A stretch of DNA of 64,000 nt, taken from Fibrobacterales bacterium. GTDB taxonomy: Bacteria > Fibrobacterota > Fibrobacteria > Fibrobacterales > JAOPTW01. Below the pieces are notes generated by a model that saw only the letters and a program-made list of their open reading frames with translations, was not told where the DNA came from and ran no database searches. Made by a program: the position numbers and the translations under genes. The DNA is taken from contig JAOPTX010000009.1 in NCBI GenBank assembly GCA_051532055.1, positions 1 to 64,000 on the forward strand, written 5' to 3'. Positions 38,186 through 48,157 of the stretch are shown here, piece by piece. Every line of letters starts with the position of its first letter. The first letter of the stretch is position 1.

Positions 38186-41100
38186 ATGATGCTTCTTGGG
38201 ATTGATGTTGGGTCAACGACGGTTAAAATTTCACTAGTTGAGGGAACGGTTGAGCGGTTTTCTTACTATATGCGTCACAATGCTCAACAACGAGAAGCTG
38301 TCTGTACTTTGCTTGAGATGGTGCAGGAAAAATATCCTGGTATTACACCTGCTATTTCTTTTTGTGGGAGTGGGGGACACGGTTTTGCAGAAGAAATTAG
38401 GGTGCCGTATACCCAAGAAGTCGTTGCAAATGCAGTGGCTATAAAGGCACGATATCCTCAAATTCGCACCGCAATTGAGTTAGGTGGGCAGGATGCTAAG
38501 GTGGTATTGTTTGCTGTTGACCCTCAGAGTGGCCAGTTGGTAACTCAAGATATGCGTATGAATGGTTCATGTGCAGGAGGCACAGGGGCTTTTATTGATC
38601 AAATTGCTGAGCTACTCAGTGTACCTGTCGAAGAGATGAATGGATTGGCAGAGCAAGGAACTCAAGTGTATGAAGTCTCTGGGCGTTGTGGGGTTTTTGC
38701 AAAAACGGATATTCAACCGCTCCTAAATCAAGGGGTCCCTAAAACAGATATTGCGCTTTCTGCCTTTCATGCTATTGCGAAGCAGACTATTGGAGGATTA
38801 GCTCAGGGAATAGATCTCGCACCTCCGATTATTTTTGAAGGGGGTCCTCTTACCTTTAATGCTGAATTGAGAAAAGTTTTTTGTGAAAGACTTAAGGTGA
38901 CTCCTGAGGATGCTTTACTTCCAGAAAATGCTCATTGCATTATTGCGTATGGTGCCGCGCGCTCACTCGATCATGCTGTAGAGATTGATTCCCATGAAAT
39001 TACGCCTATTGTGAATACACTTCGTTCAGGGTGTAATAAGAAGGGATCAAATGAAGAAGGGATGTCGCCATATTTTGAAAATGAGCGTGAGCGGGAGGAA
39101 TTTACCGTATTTCATACCAATGAGACCTCTGATTTTGATGAAACTAATTGGAAGGGAAGGGAATTGCCTGTCTATATTGGGCTCGATGCAGGGTCGACGA
39201 CATCTAAGGTAGTGGTGCTTTCAAACAAAGGTTCAGTGGTAGATTCGTTCTATGCAAGTAATGATGGGGAACCCCTTGAGGTTATTACTCGTGGACTTAT
39301 GAGTTTAAGAGATCGTTTCCGGAAAAAAGAAATTGGCTTAAAAATACTGGGCCTCGGCACCACTGGTTATGGTGAAGAACTTTTTGCCAAGGCCTTTAAC
39401 GCTGACTTTCATACGGTAGAGACGGTCGCCCATGCGGAGGCTGCTAAAAGTATCTGTCCGGAGGTCTCATTTATTCTGGATATTGGTGGCCAGGATATGA
39501 AGGCGATGTTTCTTAGGAATGGTGTCATTACTAATATTATACTCAATGAAGCATGTTCAGCAGGGTGCGGTTCTTTTTTAGAAACCTATGCTCAGTCTAT
39601 GGGGATTGCCGTACAGGATGTTGCGGAAATGGCTTTTGAATCAAGGAGTCCATCGAAGCTTGGATCACGCTGTACCGTTTTTATGAATAGCTCTGTTATC
39701 ACAGAACAGAAAAATGGGAAGAGCCCCGAAGATATAATGGCGGGTCTTTGTCGTTCGGTAATAGAAAATGTATTTACTAAAGTTGTGCGTATCTCAAACC
39801 TAAAAGAGATGGGAGGTCACATAGTAGTACAAGGGGGGACTTTTAAAAATGATGCGGTACTCAGGGCGTTTGAAGAACATCTAGGGCTTACAGTGATTCG
39901 CCCTAAACATCCAGGACTCATGGGGGCTATAGGAGTGGCGCTCTTAGCAAAAAAAGAAATGGAACGCAGTGGTGCATCTTCAACGTCGATGCGCTTGGAT
40001 GCACTTGAGCGTTTTACTTATACCAAGCAAGCAGGGCAGGTGTGCCGGCTCTGCTCTAATTTGTGTAATAGAACAGTAGTTTCGTTTTCGGATAGCGCTC
40101 ATTTCGTAACGGGTAATAAATGTGAGAAAGGTAAAATTATTGGTGATGCTGCATCGAGTGAGACTCGCGCACAGGTAGCGGAACTCAATAGTACTATAAA
40201 GGCTATTCCAGATCTAGTGCGCTTTCATGGGAGCTGTATTACAGCAGACTATGGCGTAGAGAAAGTCGCTGATGATAAAAAGGTAACTATTGGTATTCCG
40301 CGCGTACTCGACTTTTGGCAGACACTTCCGTTCTGGAAAGCCTTATTTACATCTCTGGGATACACAGTCGTTGTGTCAGATAAAAGTTCTCATGCGCTCT
40401 TTGAATCTGGCCTTTCTACCATACCTTCTGACACCATCTGTTATCCGGCAAAACTGGTTCATGGACATATTCAAAATTTGGTTGAGAAAAATGTTGACCG
40501 TGTTTTTTTACCCATGATGATCAGTAGAAGAAATTTTGAGGAAACAGAAGCGGGGACAGCGGTATGCCCTGTTGTACAGGGGTATGCCCTTGTAATCGAT
40601 TCGTGCTCTGAGATTACAGAAAAGCATGGAATCCGCTTTGATTATCCTGTCTTAGATCTAAAAAACCCTGAGATAATGCAAAAACAGATCGTTAAGTTTT
40701 TAGATGCCTTTTATACGATTCCCAAAAAAGAGGCTGTGGCTGCTTTTAAAGTTGCAGAGCAGTGCCAGTTTAAGTCAATTAAGCGATTACAGGACAAAGG
40801 GAGATCAGTAGTGGCTGACCTTAAGGATGATGAGTTTGCGATTGTTCTTGCGGGAAGGCCCTATCAGTATGATCCTATGGTGAATCACTTTTTGAGTCAA
40901 CATTTTATTGCCCAAGGTATTCCTGTGGTGACATTGGATGCTATTGATCATACTCAATACTCTATTGAAAATAGTAGAGTGGAACTTACAAATTCTACAC
41001 ACTCGAAGCTCTTGTCTGCAACATTGGCGGTGGCGAATAACCCTAAATTAGAGCTTTGTCAGATTGTAAGCTTTGGATGTGGCCACGACGCGATCCTGAG

Positions 41101-42523
41101 TGATGAGATGAATCGAATTATGAGTGAACACTCGGATAAATCAGTGTTACAGCTCAAACTTGATGAAGGAGATGTCAAAGGGCCAGTGTCGATTCGGGTA
41201 CGTTCCTTTATCGAGACCGTGCGAAAAAAACGCGGAACCAGTATCAGTCAGCCAAGGCGTGCAGTACTTTCTGATCCGTATCCAGTAAAATTTACTAAAG
41301 AGGATGCAAAGAAAAGAAAGGTATTGGTTCCTAATCTTTCTCCATCTTTTTCGCGAGTAGTTGCTTCGATATTTAAAAATCAAGGAATTGAGATGGAAGC
41401 TCTTCCCGTGGCTACTCCAGCGGCAATTGCGTTAGGTAAAAAATATGTAAATAATGATATTTGTTATCCCGCTCAAATAAATATTGGAGAGATGCTCGAG
41501 TATCTCGAAACTAATGATTGTGAGAGTAGTGAGATCGCTTTGGGATTGGCTAAGAACTGTGATAACTGCCGTGCGGGGCAGTATGCTGCACTTGCGCGTC
41601 AGGCACTCGACGATGCGGGGTATAGTGATATCCCTATTATGACAACCGGTGATGATAAAAAAAATATGCACCCGGGATTTAAAAGTAATATGGCAATTCA
41701 GATTCGTATGGTCTGGGGTATCGCGCTTATTGATTGCCTTGAAATAATGGTGCGACGTATGAGGCCGTATGAAATACATAAGGGAGAAGTTGATCGCGTA
41801 TATACAGAGCAGCTTGCATTGGTGTGTGCTGGTTTTGAGGTCTCAATAGATGAGGCGCTAAAGCGATTTAAAGTATGTGTCACTGCCTTTAATGAGATCG
41901 GAGTAGATGCTACAAAACGAAAACCTCAAGTGGGACTGCTTGGTGAAATTTTCGTTAAATATCATCCAGCTGCCAATGCTTTTATTGAACGGTATTTAGA
42001 GTCTCATGGTATGGAAGTTATTCAACCGCCAATGCTTGATTTCTTTAGACGAGATGATATCATTCGAAAGTATAAACGGAAAAATGGTATGATGCAGCGG
42101 CCGTTTATGGCGCTCCTTGTAGGGACGGTGTCTGAAGCAGTGTATGCTAAGGCAACTAAAAAAATCAATAACATATTTAAGTCATTTAAATTGTATGAGC
42201 ATCATGCTGATGTGTATGAACTTCATGAGCACGTAAATGGTTTTATTGATACCGCTTTTAAAGTGGGCGAAGGTTGGCTTATTGCGGGTGAACTTTTTGA
42301 TCTTGCAAAGCGGGGAGTAAATAGCTTTGTTATAGTGCAGCCATTCGGGTGTATGCCAAACCATGTGAGTGGTAGAGGTATGACAAAGGTATTTAAGAAG
42401 GAGTTTCCTCATATACAAGTGTTGAGTCTTGATTATGATCCTGATACGAGTATGGCAAATGTTGAAAATCGATTACAGATGTTGGTTATGCGGGCTCGTG
42501 AGCAGCAAACTGAAGTAGGCTGA
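38186..42523 (+). CDS. 2-hydroxyacyl-CoA dehydratase activator-like fusion (two BcrAD/BadFG ASKHA ATPase domains plus DUF2229-like domains)
   Basis: Two G.D.GSTT.K motifs; GGQD.K; MNGSCAGGTG and LNEACSAGCG; C.VF; ICYPAK; SFGCG; QPFGCMPNH. Confidence 0.9.
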   Translation: MMLLGIDVGSTTVKISLVEGTVERFSYYMRHNAQQREAVCTLLEMVQEKYPGITPAISFCGSGGHGFAEEIRVPYTQEVVANAVAIKARYPQIRTAIELGGQDAKVVLFAVDPQSGQLVTQDMRMNGSCAGGTGAFIDQIAELLSVPVEEMNGLAEQGTQVYEVSGRCGVFAKTDIQPLLNQGVPKTDIALSAFHAIAKQTIGGLAQGIDLAPPIIFEGGPLTFNAELRKVFCERLKVTPEDALLPENAHCIIAYGAARSLDHAVEIDSHEITPIVNTLRSGCNKKGSNEEGMSPYFENEREREEFTVFHTNETSDFDETNWKGRELPVYIGLDAGSTTSKVVVLSNKGSVVDSFYASNDGEPLEVITRGLMSLRDRFRKKEIGLKILGLGTTGYGEELFAKAFNADFHTVETVAHAEAAKSICPEVSFILDIGGQDMKAMFLRNGVITNIILNEACSAGCGSFLETYAQSMGIAVQDVAEMAFESRSPSKLGSRCTVFMNSSVITEQKNGKSPEDIMAGLCRSVIENVFTKVVRISNLKEMGGHIVVQGGTFKNDAVLRAFEEHLGLTVIRPKHPGLMGAIGVALLAKKEMERSGASSTSMRLDALERFTYTKQAGQVCRLCSNLCNRTVVSFSDSAHFVTGNKCEKGKIIGDAASSETRAQVAELNSTIKAIPDLVRFHGSCITADYGVEKVADDKKVTIGIPRVLDFWQTLPFWKALFTSLGYTVVVSDKSSHALFESGLSTIPSDTICYPAKLVHGHIQNLVEKNVDRVFLPMMISRRNFEETEAGTAVCPVVQGYALVIDSCSEITEKHGIRFDYPVLDLKNPEIMQKQIVKFLDAFYTIPKKEAVAAFKVAEQCQFKSIKRLQDKGRSVVADLKDDEFAIVLAGRPYQYDPMVNHFLSQHFIAQGIPVVTLDAIDHTQYSIENSRVELTNSTHSKLLSATLAVANNPKLELCQIVSFGCGHDAILSDEMNRIMSEHSDKSVLQLKLDEGDVKGPVSIRVRSFIETVRKKRGTSISQPRRAVLSDPYPVKFTKEDAKKRKVLVPNLSPSFSRVVASIFKNQGIEMEALPVATPAAIALGKKYVNNDICYPAQINIGEMLEYLETNDCESSEIALGLAKNCDNCRAGQYAALARQALDDAGYSDIPIMTTGDDKKNMHPGFKSNMAIQIRMVWGIALIDCLEIMVRRMRPYEIHKGEVDRVYTEQLALVCAGFEVSIDEALKRFKVCVTAFNEIGVDATKRKPQVGLLGEIFVKYHPAANAFIERYLESHGMEVIQPPMLDFFRRDDIIRKYKRKNGMMQRPFMALLVGTVSEAVYAKATKKINNIFKSFKLYEHHADVYELHEHVNGFIDTAFKVGEGWLIAGELFDLAKRGVNSFVIVQPFGCMPNHVSGRGMTKVFKKEFPHIQVLSLDYDPDTSMANVENRLQMLVMRAREQQTEVG

Positions 42524-42570
42524 TTTAAAGAACAGTTATTAATCGTATAGCTCTGTATTAGTTGTGGTAT

Positions 42571-42609
42571 AAAAAACGAGCAGTAGGGGTGACCTACTGC
42601 TCGTTTTTT
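42571..42609. terminator. Bidirectional terminator
   Basis: AAAAAACGAGCAGTAGG-GGTGA-CCTACTGCTCGTTTTTT between convergent genes. Confidence 0.9.
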
Positions 42610-42646
42610 ATAAGGAAATGTTTTTATTGCAACAATTTCCTGGGGG

Positions 42647-43378
42647 CTATTTTTCTTCGAGTAAAGGAAGAAGTTGAAGGAGTTCTTCTTGGATTGTTTC
42701 CCATTCTATGTCACTCTCATTAAAGCTTTCTATTGCGAGTTCACACAGTTCGGTTTCAGAAAATGCTTCAGATGGTGTTTCAGTATTTTCAACAAGAGTG
42801 AGACATTCTTGTACTGATGGATTGAAACTTTTTATGAGTATTGTAAGTGAATCGGTATCAATGGTAAGAGTTGTTTCTTCAATATAATCATTGAGTTCTT
42901 CTTTCCATGCTTTCACTGCGTCATATTCATACTCAAACTCTTCTTTAGAAAAATCCTTTTTTCTGTCATACTCATGTTCTTCTTTTTCATCGGATGACTC
43001 GTCATACTCAGATGAGCTATCGTCATATGATCCGTGGTATTTTTCTTCAGAACTTTCAAATGTTTCATCAGATGAGCTTTCTTCATGCATTGAAGACTCT
43101 TCAAGTTCTTCTTCTGATGAGCTCTCTTCCTCTGAAGAATATTTTTCAAATCGTTCATCAGAAGATGATTCGTCAGAAGAGAAGTTTTCGTCATCTGACG
43201 AAGAGAAAAGGGGGCTATCTTGGTCGTTGCTTGATTGATTGTTCTTGGTTTGATCAGATTCTTCATTTTGTGGCTGTTGTTTGTCGGTGTCTATTGGTGT
43301 TTCTTCATCGACAACACAGCCAGTTATTAGGGTGAACATTATGAAGAGTGCTGTGGTGATAAGGGTAAATTTAGTCAT
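42647..43378 (-). CDS. Acidic Ser/Glu-rich lipoprotein, divergent from cassette 5
   Basis: Lipobox LITG-C; SSDE/SSEE repeats; GGAG RBS. Confidence 0.75.
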   Translation of the reverse strand: MTKFTLITTALFIMFTLITGCVVDEETPIDTDKQQPQNEESDQTKNNQSSNDQDSPLFSSSDDENFSSDESSSDERFEKYSSEEESSSEEELEESSMHEESSSDETFESSEEKYHGSYDDSSSEYDESSDEKEEHEYDRKKDFSKEEFEYEYDAVKAWKEELNDYIEETTLTIDTDSLTILIKSFNPSVQECLTLVENTETPSEAFSETELCELAIESFNESDIEWETIQEELLQLLPLLEEK

Positions 43379-43453
43379 GGTTTCTCCATTTGGTATTTGT
43401 TATGATTATAAATTTACTGTTATATTTATATGATAAATGTATTTAATGCCTAA

Positions 43454-43484
43454 TTGTGCTTATTAATAGGGTATTTGTGCTTAT
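43454..43484. promoter_or_regulatory. Direct repeat TTGTGCTTAT x2 (21-bp period) in a divergent promoter region
   Basis: Copies at 43454-43463 and 43475-43484. Confidence 0.5.
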
Positions 43485-43538
43485 AAAATATGGTAAAAAG
43501 TAGTTGTGTGACTAGTTGAATGAATCTATATTAGTGAG

Positions 43539-44381
43539 ATGGATTATGTGAATATATTTGATTATACCGATTATCGGCTTTTTCTAAAAGAGTATCATAC
43601 GCTTCGAAAAGAGAGTGACTCTCGGTTTTCCCATCGTTTTTTTGCTCAAAAGGCCGGATATTCATCAACAGGGTATTACTCTAATGTGGTGAAGGGTGTT
43701 TTGAATCTCACAAAAAAATATATACCCAAGTTTATCCATGCTCTTGGTCTTGAAGGTAAAGAGGCTGACTATTTTAAATTGATGATTCAGTATAGTCATG
43801 AAATGATTCCTGCAGAACGCCAGATTGTCTATGAACAGATGATTGCATTAATGCCTCCAAAGGCTCAGCGTATGAAATTGTCTCAAAAAAGTTTTTATCA
43901 ATGTTGGTATACAAGTGCGGTACTTATTGCTCTTGATATCCTTGACTTTGAAGATGATTATAAAGAGTTGAGCGATTTCATTAATCCTCCTATAAAAGTG
44001 ATAGAGGCCAAAAAGTGTGTTGCGCTTCTTAAAGAACTTGGCTTGATTGTACAAGATGGAAATGGGTTTTGGAAACAAACCAATGCTAAAATTGTAGGTG
44101 GTGAAGAGGTGGGGGTACATACAATCCATCAATATCAATCTCAATTTATGGAGATGGCGTCAGAAGCACAGGCACGATACGCCCCGAAAGATAGGTTTAT
44201 ATCTACGAAAACTATTTCCACGTCCAAAAGAGGACTTGAGCGTATTAAACAGTCAGTTCGAGAACTGTATGTTAATATTGACTCTATTGTGTTAGCTGAA
44301 TCAGAAGCGAGCCAAGTCTATCAATGTAATATTCAATTTTTTCCGATTACAAAGGATAAACATGATGAAAGTTATTCTTAA
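43539..44381 (+). CDS. TIGR02147/DUF4423-family HTH protein (cassette 5), close paralog of cassette 3
   Basis: FSHRFFAQKAGYSSTG, FINPPIK..EAK, GGEEVGV and VYQCNIQFFP motifs. Confidence 0.87.
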   Translation: MDYVNIFDYTDYRLFLKEYHTLRKESDSRFSHRFFAQKAGYSSTGYYSNVVKGVLNLTKKYIPKFIHALGLEGKEADYFKLMIQYSHEMIPAERQIVYEQMIALMPPKAQRMKLSQKSFYQCWYTSAVLIALDILDFEDDYKELSDFINPPIKVIEAKKCVALLKELGLIVQDGNGFWKQTNAKIVGGEEVGVHTIHQYQSQFMEMASEAQARYAPKDRFISTKTISTSKRGLERIKQSVRELYVNIDSIVLAESEASQVYQCNIQFFPITKDKHDESYS

Positions 44382-45525
44382 TTATTGTGTCGTATGTGTA
44401 GCGCTGTTTTTTGGGGCATGTTCTCTTTCAGAGGAGGGGATACAAGATCAGTCCGGGACGACTCTTGAAACTGATAATGTCATTATGGCGAAGGTTGCCT
44501 ATCATGATGGGGTACCCGCAGGTAATGCTTCGGTAGAGCTGACAGAATGGATTGATAATGGAATATTTATACCTGATAGTATTACGACCATAAAAACATC
44601 AAGTTTTAGTGCGAATAGTGACGGTGAGTTCTCTCTTGATTCTTTAGAACCGGGTGTAGAATATTTTATTGAGTTAATAAGTGATGACGATAGTCGCCCG
44701 GAGAGAGAGTGGCTACAGAAAATATCAGTTGATGCGCTGAAGAAGCGGGGTGTTGTACAGCTTAAGAAAGAGCGCATCATGCGTTTTAATCTAGATAAGG
44801 CGGGTGATGATCAAGCATGGTTTGGGATTCAAGGAACGTCTAAATTTTATCCACTTGGATCGGGGGTTACTCATGTACAGGCCCCGAGCTCTGATTATTC
44901 GTTTGTTGTTGTATCGAACCCTACGGTTTTGGATGGTGACACTCGCTACACTATTACAGAAGATGACAATTATACCAAAGTTGATGAGTACCATTATGAA
45001 AGTTCTAGTCATAGTGAAAGTTCCGAAGAAGAATGGTCATCTGAAGAGTCGGAAGAGGAATCAAGTGAAGGCGAAGAATTGGGAACTGATAGTTCAAGTG
45101 ATACATCAGAAGATGTGGGTGGATTATATAGCGATAATGAGTATGAAGACTCATCTTCTGATAATGATCAACTCATGAATGATGATGTGTATGTTGAGTG
45201 TGTCTTTGGTGGAAGCGAGTATGAGTGTAGCGCTGATGTTTCTCCTACTAAAATAGAATGTGAATCCCTTGGTGATGATTTTGATTGTGAGAAATTATTT
45301 GAAGATCTGTCTCATTACCGTGATGTTTGGAAAAAAAATACTTGGGAGAATAGTAGCGATTTTGATGGAATGGTTCTCTGTTTTACTGCAGGAGATCCTG
45401 TTGCATGTGATACCGCTGCTATTGATCACGTGCTCTGTTTTGATTCAGAATCCTATTATATCGAATGTGATAACTTTGAAGATGAAAGTATTGTTATTCT
45501 TCTCGGGATACATCAAAAATACTGA
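44362..45525 (+). CDS. Lipoprotein partner of cassette 5 with acidic linker and Cys-repeat C-terminus
   Basis: Lipobox FFGA-C; GTTLETDN; four C-x8-C pairs at the C-terminus; overlaps the upstream stop. Confidence 0.75.
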   Translation: MMKVILNYCVVCVALFFGACSLSEEGIQDQSGTTLETDNVIMAKVAYHDGVPAGNASVELTEWIDNGIFIPDSITTIKTSSFSANSDGEFSLDSLEPGVEYFIELISDDDSRPEREWLQKISVDALKKRGVVQLKKERIMRFNLDKAGDDQAWFGIQGTSKFYPLGSGVTHVQAPSSDYSFVVVSNPTVLDGDTRYTITEDDNYTKVDEYHYESSSHSESSEEEWSSEESEEESSEGEELGTDSSSDTSEDVGGLYSDNEYEDSSSDNDQLMNDDVYVECVFGGSEYECSADVSPTKIECESLGDDFDCEKLFEDLSHYRDVWKKNTWENSSDFDGMVLCFTAGDPVACDTAAIDHVLCFDSESYYIECDNFEDESIVILLGIHQKY

Positions 45526-45820
45526 TTGACTCTATGAAACAGGGTGGCAGTTTCATGGCTTGCTTATTTATTCTATCACTAAAATTTGTGTAGCCCCTCA
45601 CCCATAATTCCCAAAATACTATTCTATCTGCTCTTCTTTTCATTTTATTTATTGAGGGGTTTGTTTGCTTTTGTATGCCTTTATAGGGTTTTTGAGCTGT
45701 TATTGTTTGTATTTATTTGTTTTTGCTCTCTAAAAAGGAGCGGAAAGTCAGTAGTATGGGTATATTTAAGAGAGCGAAACTGGTATATTATGATTATAAC
45801 TTAAACCAGTTGAGGAAAAT

Positions 45821-47239
45821 ATGAAACAACAACTTTTAATATCAGCATTTATTGGGTTTGGCCTTATAGGATGTGCTCAAGAAGATGCGGTCGAGAGCAC
45901 CCTAGTGCCTGCAAGTCAGAATACAGAAGCAGTTATCACCGGGACAGTGGCGTATGGATATGCAGCGTCTGATGTGGAAGTAGAAATTGTAGATCAGGAC
46001 GGTGAAGAAGTTTTTTCGGGAACAACCGATGAGGAAGGAGAATTCAGTGCGCACATCCGAAACAAACACCCCAAATTACCCCTCCTTCTTTGTGCTCATA
46101 TTGATGATTCTACAGAGTTTACCTCTATAATTAGTGATGATGACGGTGAACTTGGTGAAGGTGAAGAAATTCATACTCATGTCAATGCAATAACTGACCG
46201 AGCAACACGTGAGCTTCTTGGTGAAGGCGTTGATCATACAAAACTTCGTGGATTAAAAATGGCTCAAATTATTGCTAAGGGTGAGGAAGTTGTTGATAAA
46301 GTACTTGGTGAAGATATTGGTTTTGAATCGTTCTATAATAAGAAAGAGTTCAAGGCGGCGATTAAGGGGCGTGAAGATGTTGTGCCAGGTGTACATGATA
46401 TGATGCTTCACTCTCTTGATGATATGGCTAAAAAAGATGGAAAACCAGTAAAAGAACTGGTAAAAGAGTTTAAAGAAAATCGGAAAGAACTTTTTGAAAA
46501 GAGCGAAGAGTTTAAAAGTGAGCTTGCTGATAATCTTGCTGAGTTTAAAGTAGAGACTGAAGCGTTGAGAGCTGAGGTGAAAGATTTTGCAAGTAACCAC
46601 CCTGAAATTGTACAGAATATTAAAGAACGTCACGAACTTATGCGTGGTGATGTTGAACGTCCAGAACTTGATAGTACAGAACTTGCCGCACGAAAAGCAC
46701 TGATTGAAGCGTTGGCAGAAAATTGTCAAGAGATGACCCACGAAGAGCGTGTGGCTTATATGGATAGTGTCAGTGCAGAGTTCAGAAATTTGATGGCGTT
46801 AGAGCTGGAAGTATTAAAAGACGCTCTCTCGGATTCGGTGACTCGGGAAGATCGACACGTTGTTGATTCGACAATGCGTGCTTATGCGCGAGAACTTATT
46901 GAAACACTTCAACCATGTCCTGAGTTTGTCAAAAATGTTAAAGAGCGAATAGAAGAAAGACACGATGGTGAACGTCCTGAAGAAGAGAATCATGAGGGTG
47001 ACCGTCCCGAGATTGAACGCCCTGAAGGAGAAAAGGCAGAAGGTACTCATCCAGAGGTCGAGCGCCCAAGTGTCGAGGAACCAGAAGGTGATAGGCTAAC
47101 GAAAGAAGAAATGGAAGAGATGTTCAAAAACTGTAAGCCAGAATTAAATAATACAGATTGGGTGAAACCTGAAGAATGTCCTGAATTTCCTGGAAAACCA
47201 GAGGTGCTTCCTGTTCTTGATTTGGAAGAGGTCGAATAA
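45821..47239 (+). CDS. Glu-rich helical lipoprotein, paralog of 48158-49528
   Basis: Lipobox LIG-C; GYA...GTTD..G; FKAAIKG...P...DMMLHSL; G(E/D)RPE-like repeats near the C-terminus. Confidence 0.8.
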   Translation: MKQQLLISAFIGFGLIGCAQEDAVESTLVPASQNTEAVITGTVAYGYAASDVEVEIVDQDGEEVFSGTTDEEGEFSAHIRNKHPKLPLLLCAHIDDSTEFTSIISDDDGELGEGEEIHTHVNAITDRATRELLGEGVDHTKLRGLKMAQIIAKGEEVVDKVLGEDIGFESFYNKKEFKAAIKGREDVVPGVHDMMLHSLDDMAKKDGKPVKELVKEFKENRKELFEKSEEFKSELADNLAEFKVETEALRAEVKDFASNHPEIVQNIKERHELMRGDVERPELDSTELAARKALIEALAENCQEMTHEERVAYMDSVSAEFRNLMALELEVLKDALSDSVTREDRHVVDSTMRAYARELIETLQPCPEFVKNVKERIEERHDGERPEEENHEGDRPEIERPEGEKAEGTHPEVERPSVEEPEGDRLTKEEMEEMFKNCKPELNNTDWVKPEECPEFPGKPEVLPVLDLEEVE

Positions 47240-47290
47240 TATAATATATGGCTGCACGGATTGTGCAGCTCATTTTAAAGTGAGTAATGT

Positions 47291-48157
47291 ATGAGTGATA
47301 GTGTGAACATTTTTCAATATACTGATTATCGCCTCTTTTTAAAGGATGCGATACAGGCGCGTAAAAGCATTGATAAAAAGTTTTCTCAACGGTTTATTCA
47401 TCAAAAACTTGGTATTAAGTCAACAGGGTGGTTGGCTGATATACTTGGAGGGAGGAAAAAAATATCTCGTTCCAATTTAATTACTCTTGCTGGGCTTCTT
47501 AGTGTTGGCCCCCGTGAGGAACTGTATCTTCAAACACTCGTTGATTATAATCATTCCAAGACTGTTGAAGATAAAAATAGAAATTATGCTAAGCTCCTAA
47601 CCTTTCAAGAAGTTCCCAAAGATATTATAGGCAAGGATCGGTTTGAGTATTTCTCAAAGTGGCACTATGCTGCCATTCGAGAATATCTTTTTATTGAACC
47701 ATTTAATGGCAATTACACTACCCTTGCAAAAGCAATTATTCCTGAAATTACAGTGAACGAAGCAAAAATGGCAATTGTCCTTCTTGAGGACCTTGGGATG
47801 ATAAAGCGATATGCTGGTGGCATTTTTAAACCTGCTGTGGAGCATGTTAAAAAGCAAGGTGATTCTTTTGCTCCCGTCTATTACTACAACTATCTGAAAG
47901 CACAGATGGAGCTCGGTATTGGGTCTATGGAGCGGATCCCAAAAGAGGAACGTGATATTTCGGCTATTTCGGCGACCCTCAGCGAAGAGGCTTTTAAAGA
48001 GATTGCTGAAGATATAAAAGTCATTCGAAAAAAAATAGTTCGCCTTTCAGAAGAAGAAAATGGTAAATTTTGGAACTCGGTGGATGGTGACTCTAGAAGA
48101 GTGTACCAAGGTGTATTTGAACTATTTCCGGTCTCTAAAGTGAAAGGGGGGCGTTAG
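47291..48157 (+). CDS. TIGR02147/DUF4423-family HTH protein (cassette 6)
   Basis: IFQYTDYRLFLKD, FSQRFI...GIKSTG, WHYAAIRE, ERDISAIS and VYQ..FELFP motifs. Confidence 0.87.
   Translation: MSDSVNIFQYTDYRLFLKDAIQARKSIDKKFSQRFIHQKLGIKSTGWLADILGGRKKISRSNLITLAGLLSVGPREELYLQTLVDYNHSKTVEDKNRNYAKLLTFQEVPKDIIGKDRFEYFSKWHYAAIREYLFIEPFNGNYTTLAKAIIPEITVNEAKMAIVLLEDLGMIKRYAGGIFKPAVEHVKKQGDSFAPVYYYNYLKAQMELGIGSMERIPKEERDISAISATLSEEAFKEIAEDIKVIRKKIVRLSEEENGKFWNSVDGDSRRVYQGVFELFPVSKVKGGR

Noticed and set aside
25181..43514. TGT(A/G)ACTA upstream of both cassette 3 (25181) and cassette 5 (43507)
   Set aside because: One short degenerate match each in AT-rich DNA cannot be told apart from chance by eye.
1964..48157. 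Repeated TIGR02147-like genes as IS elements
   Set aside because: The copies are diverged at the protein level, and I saw no terminal repeats or catalytic transposase motifs.
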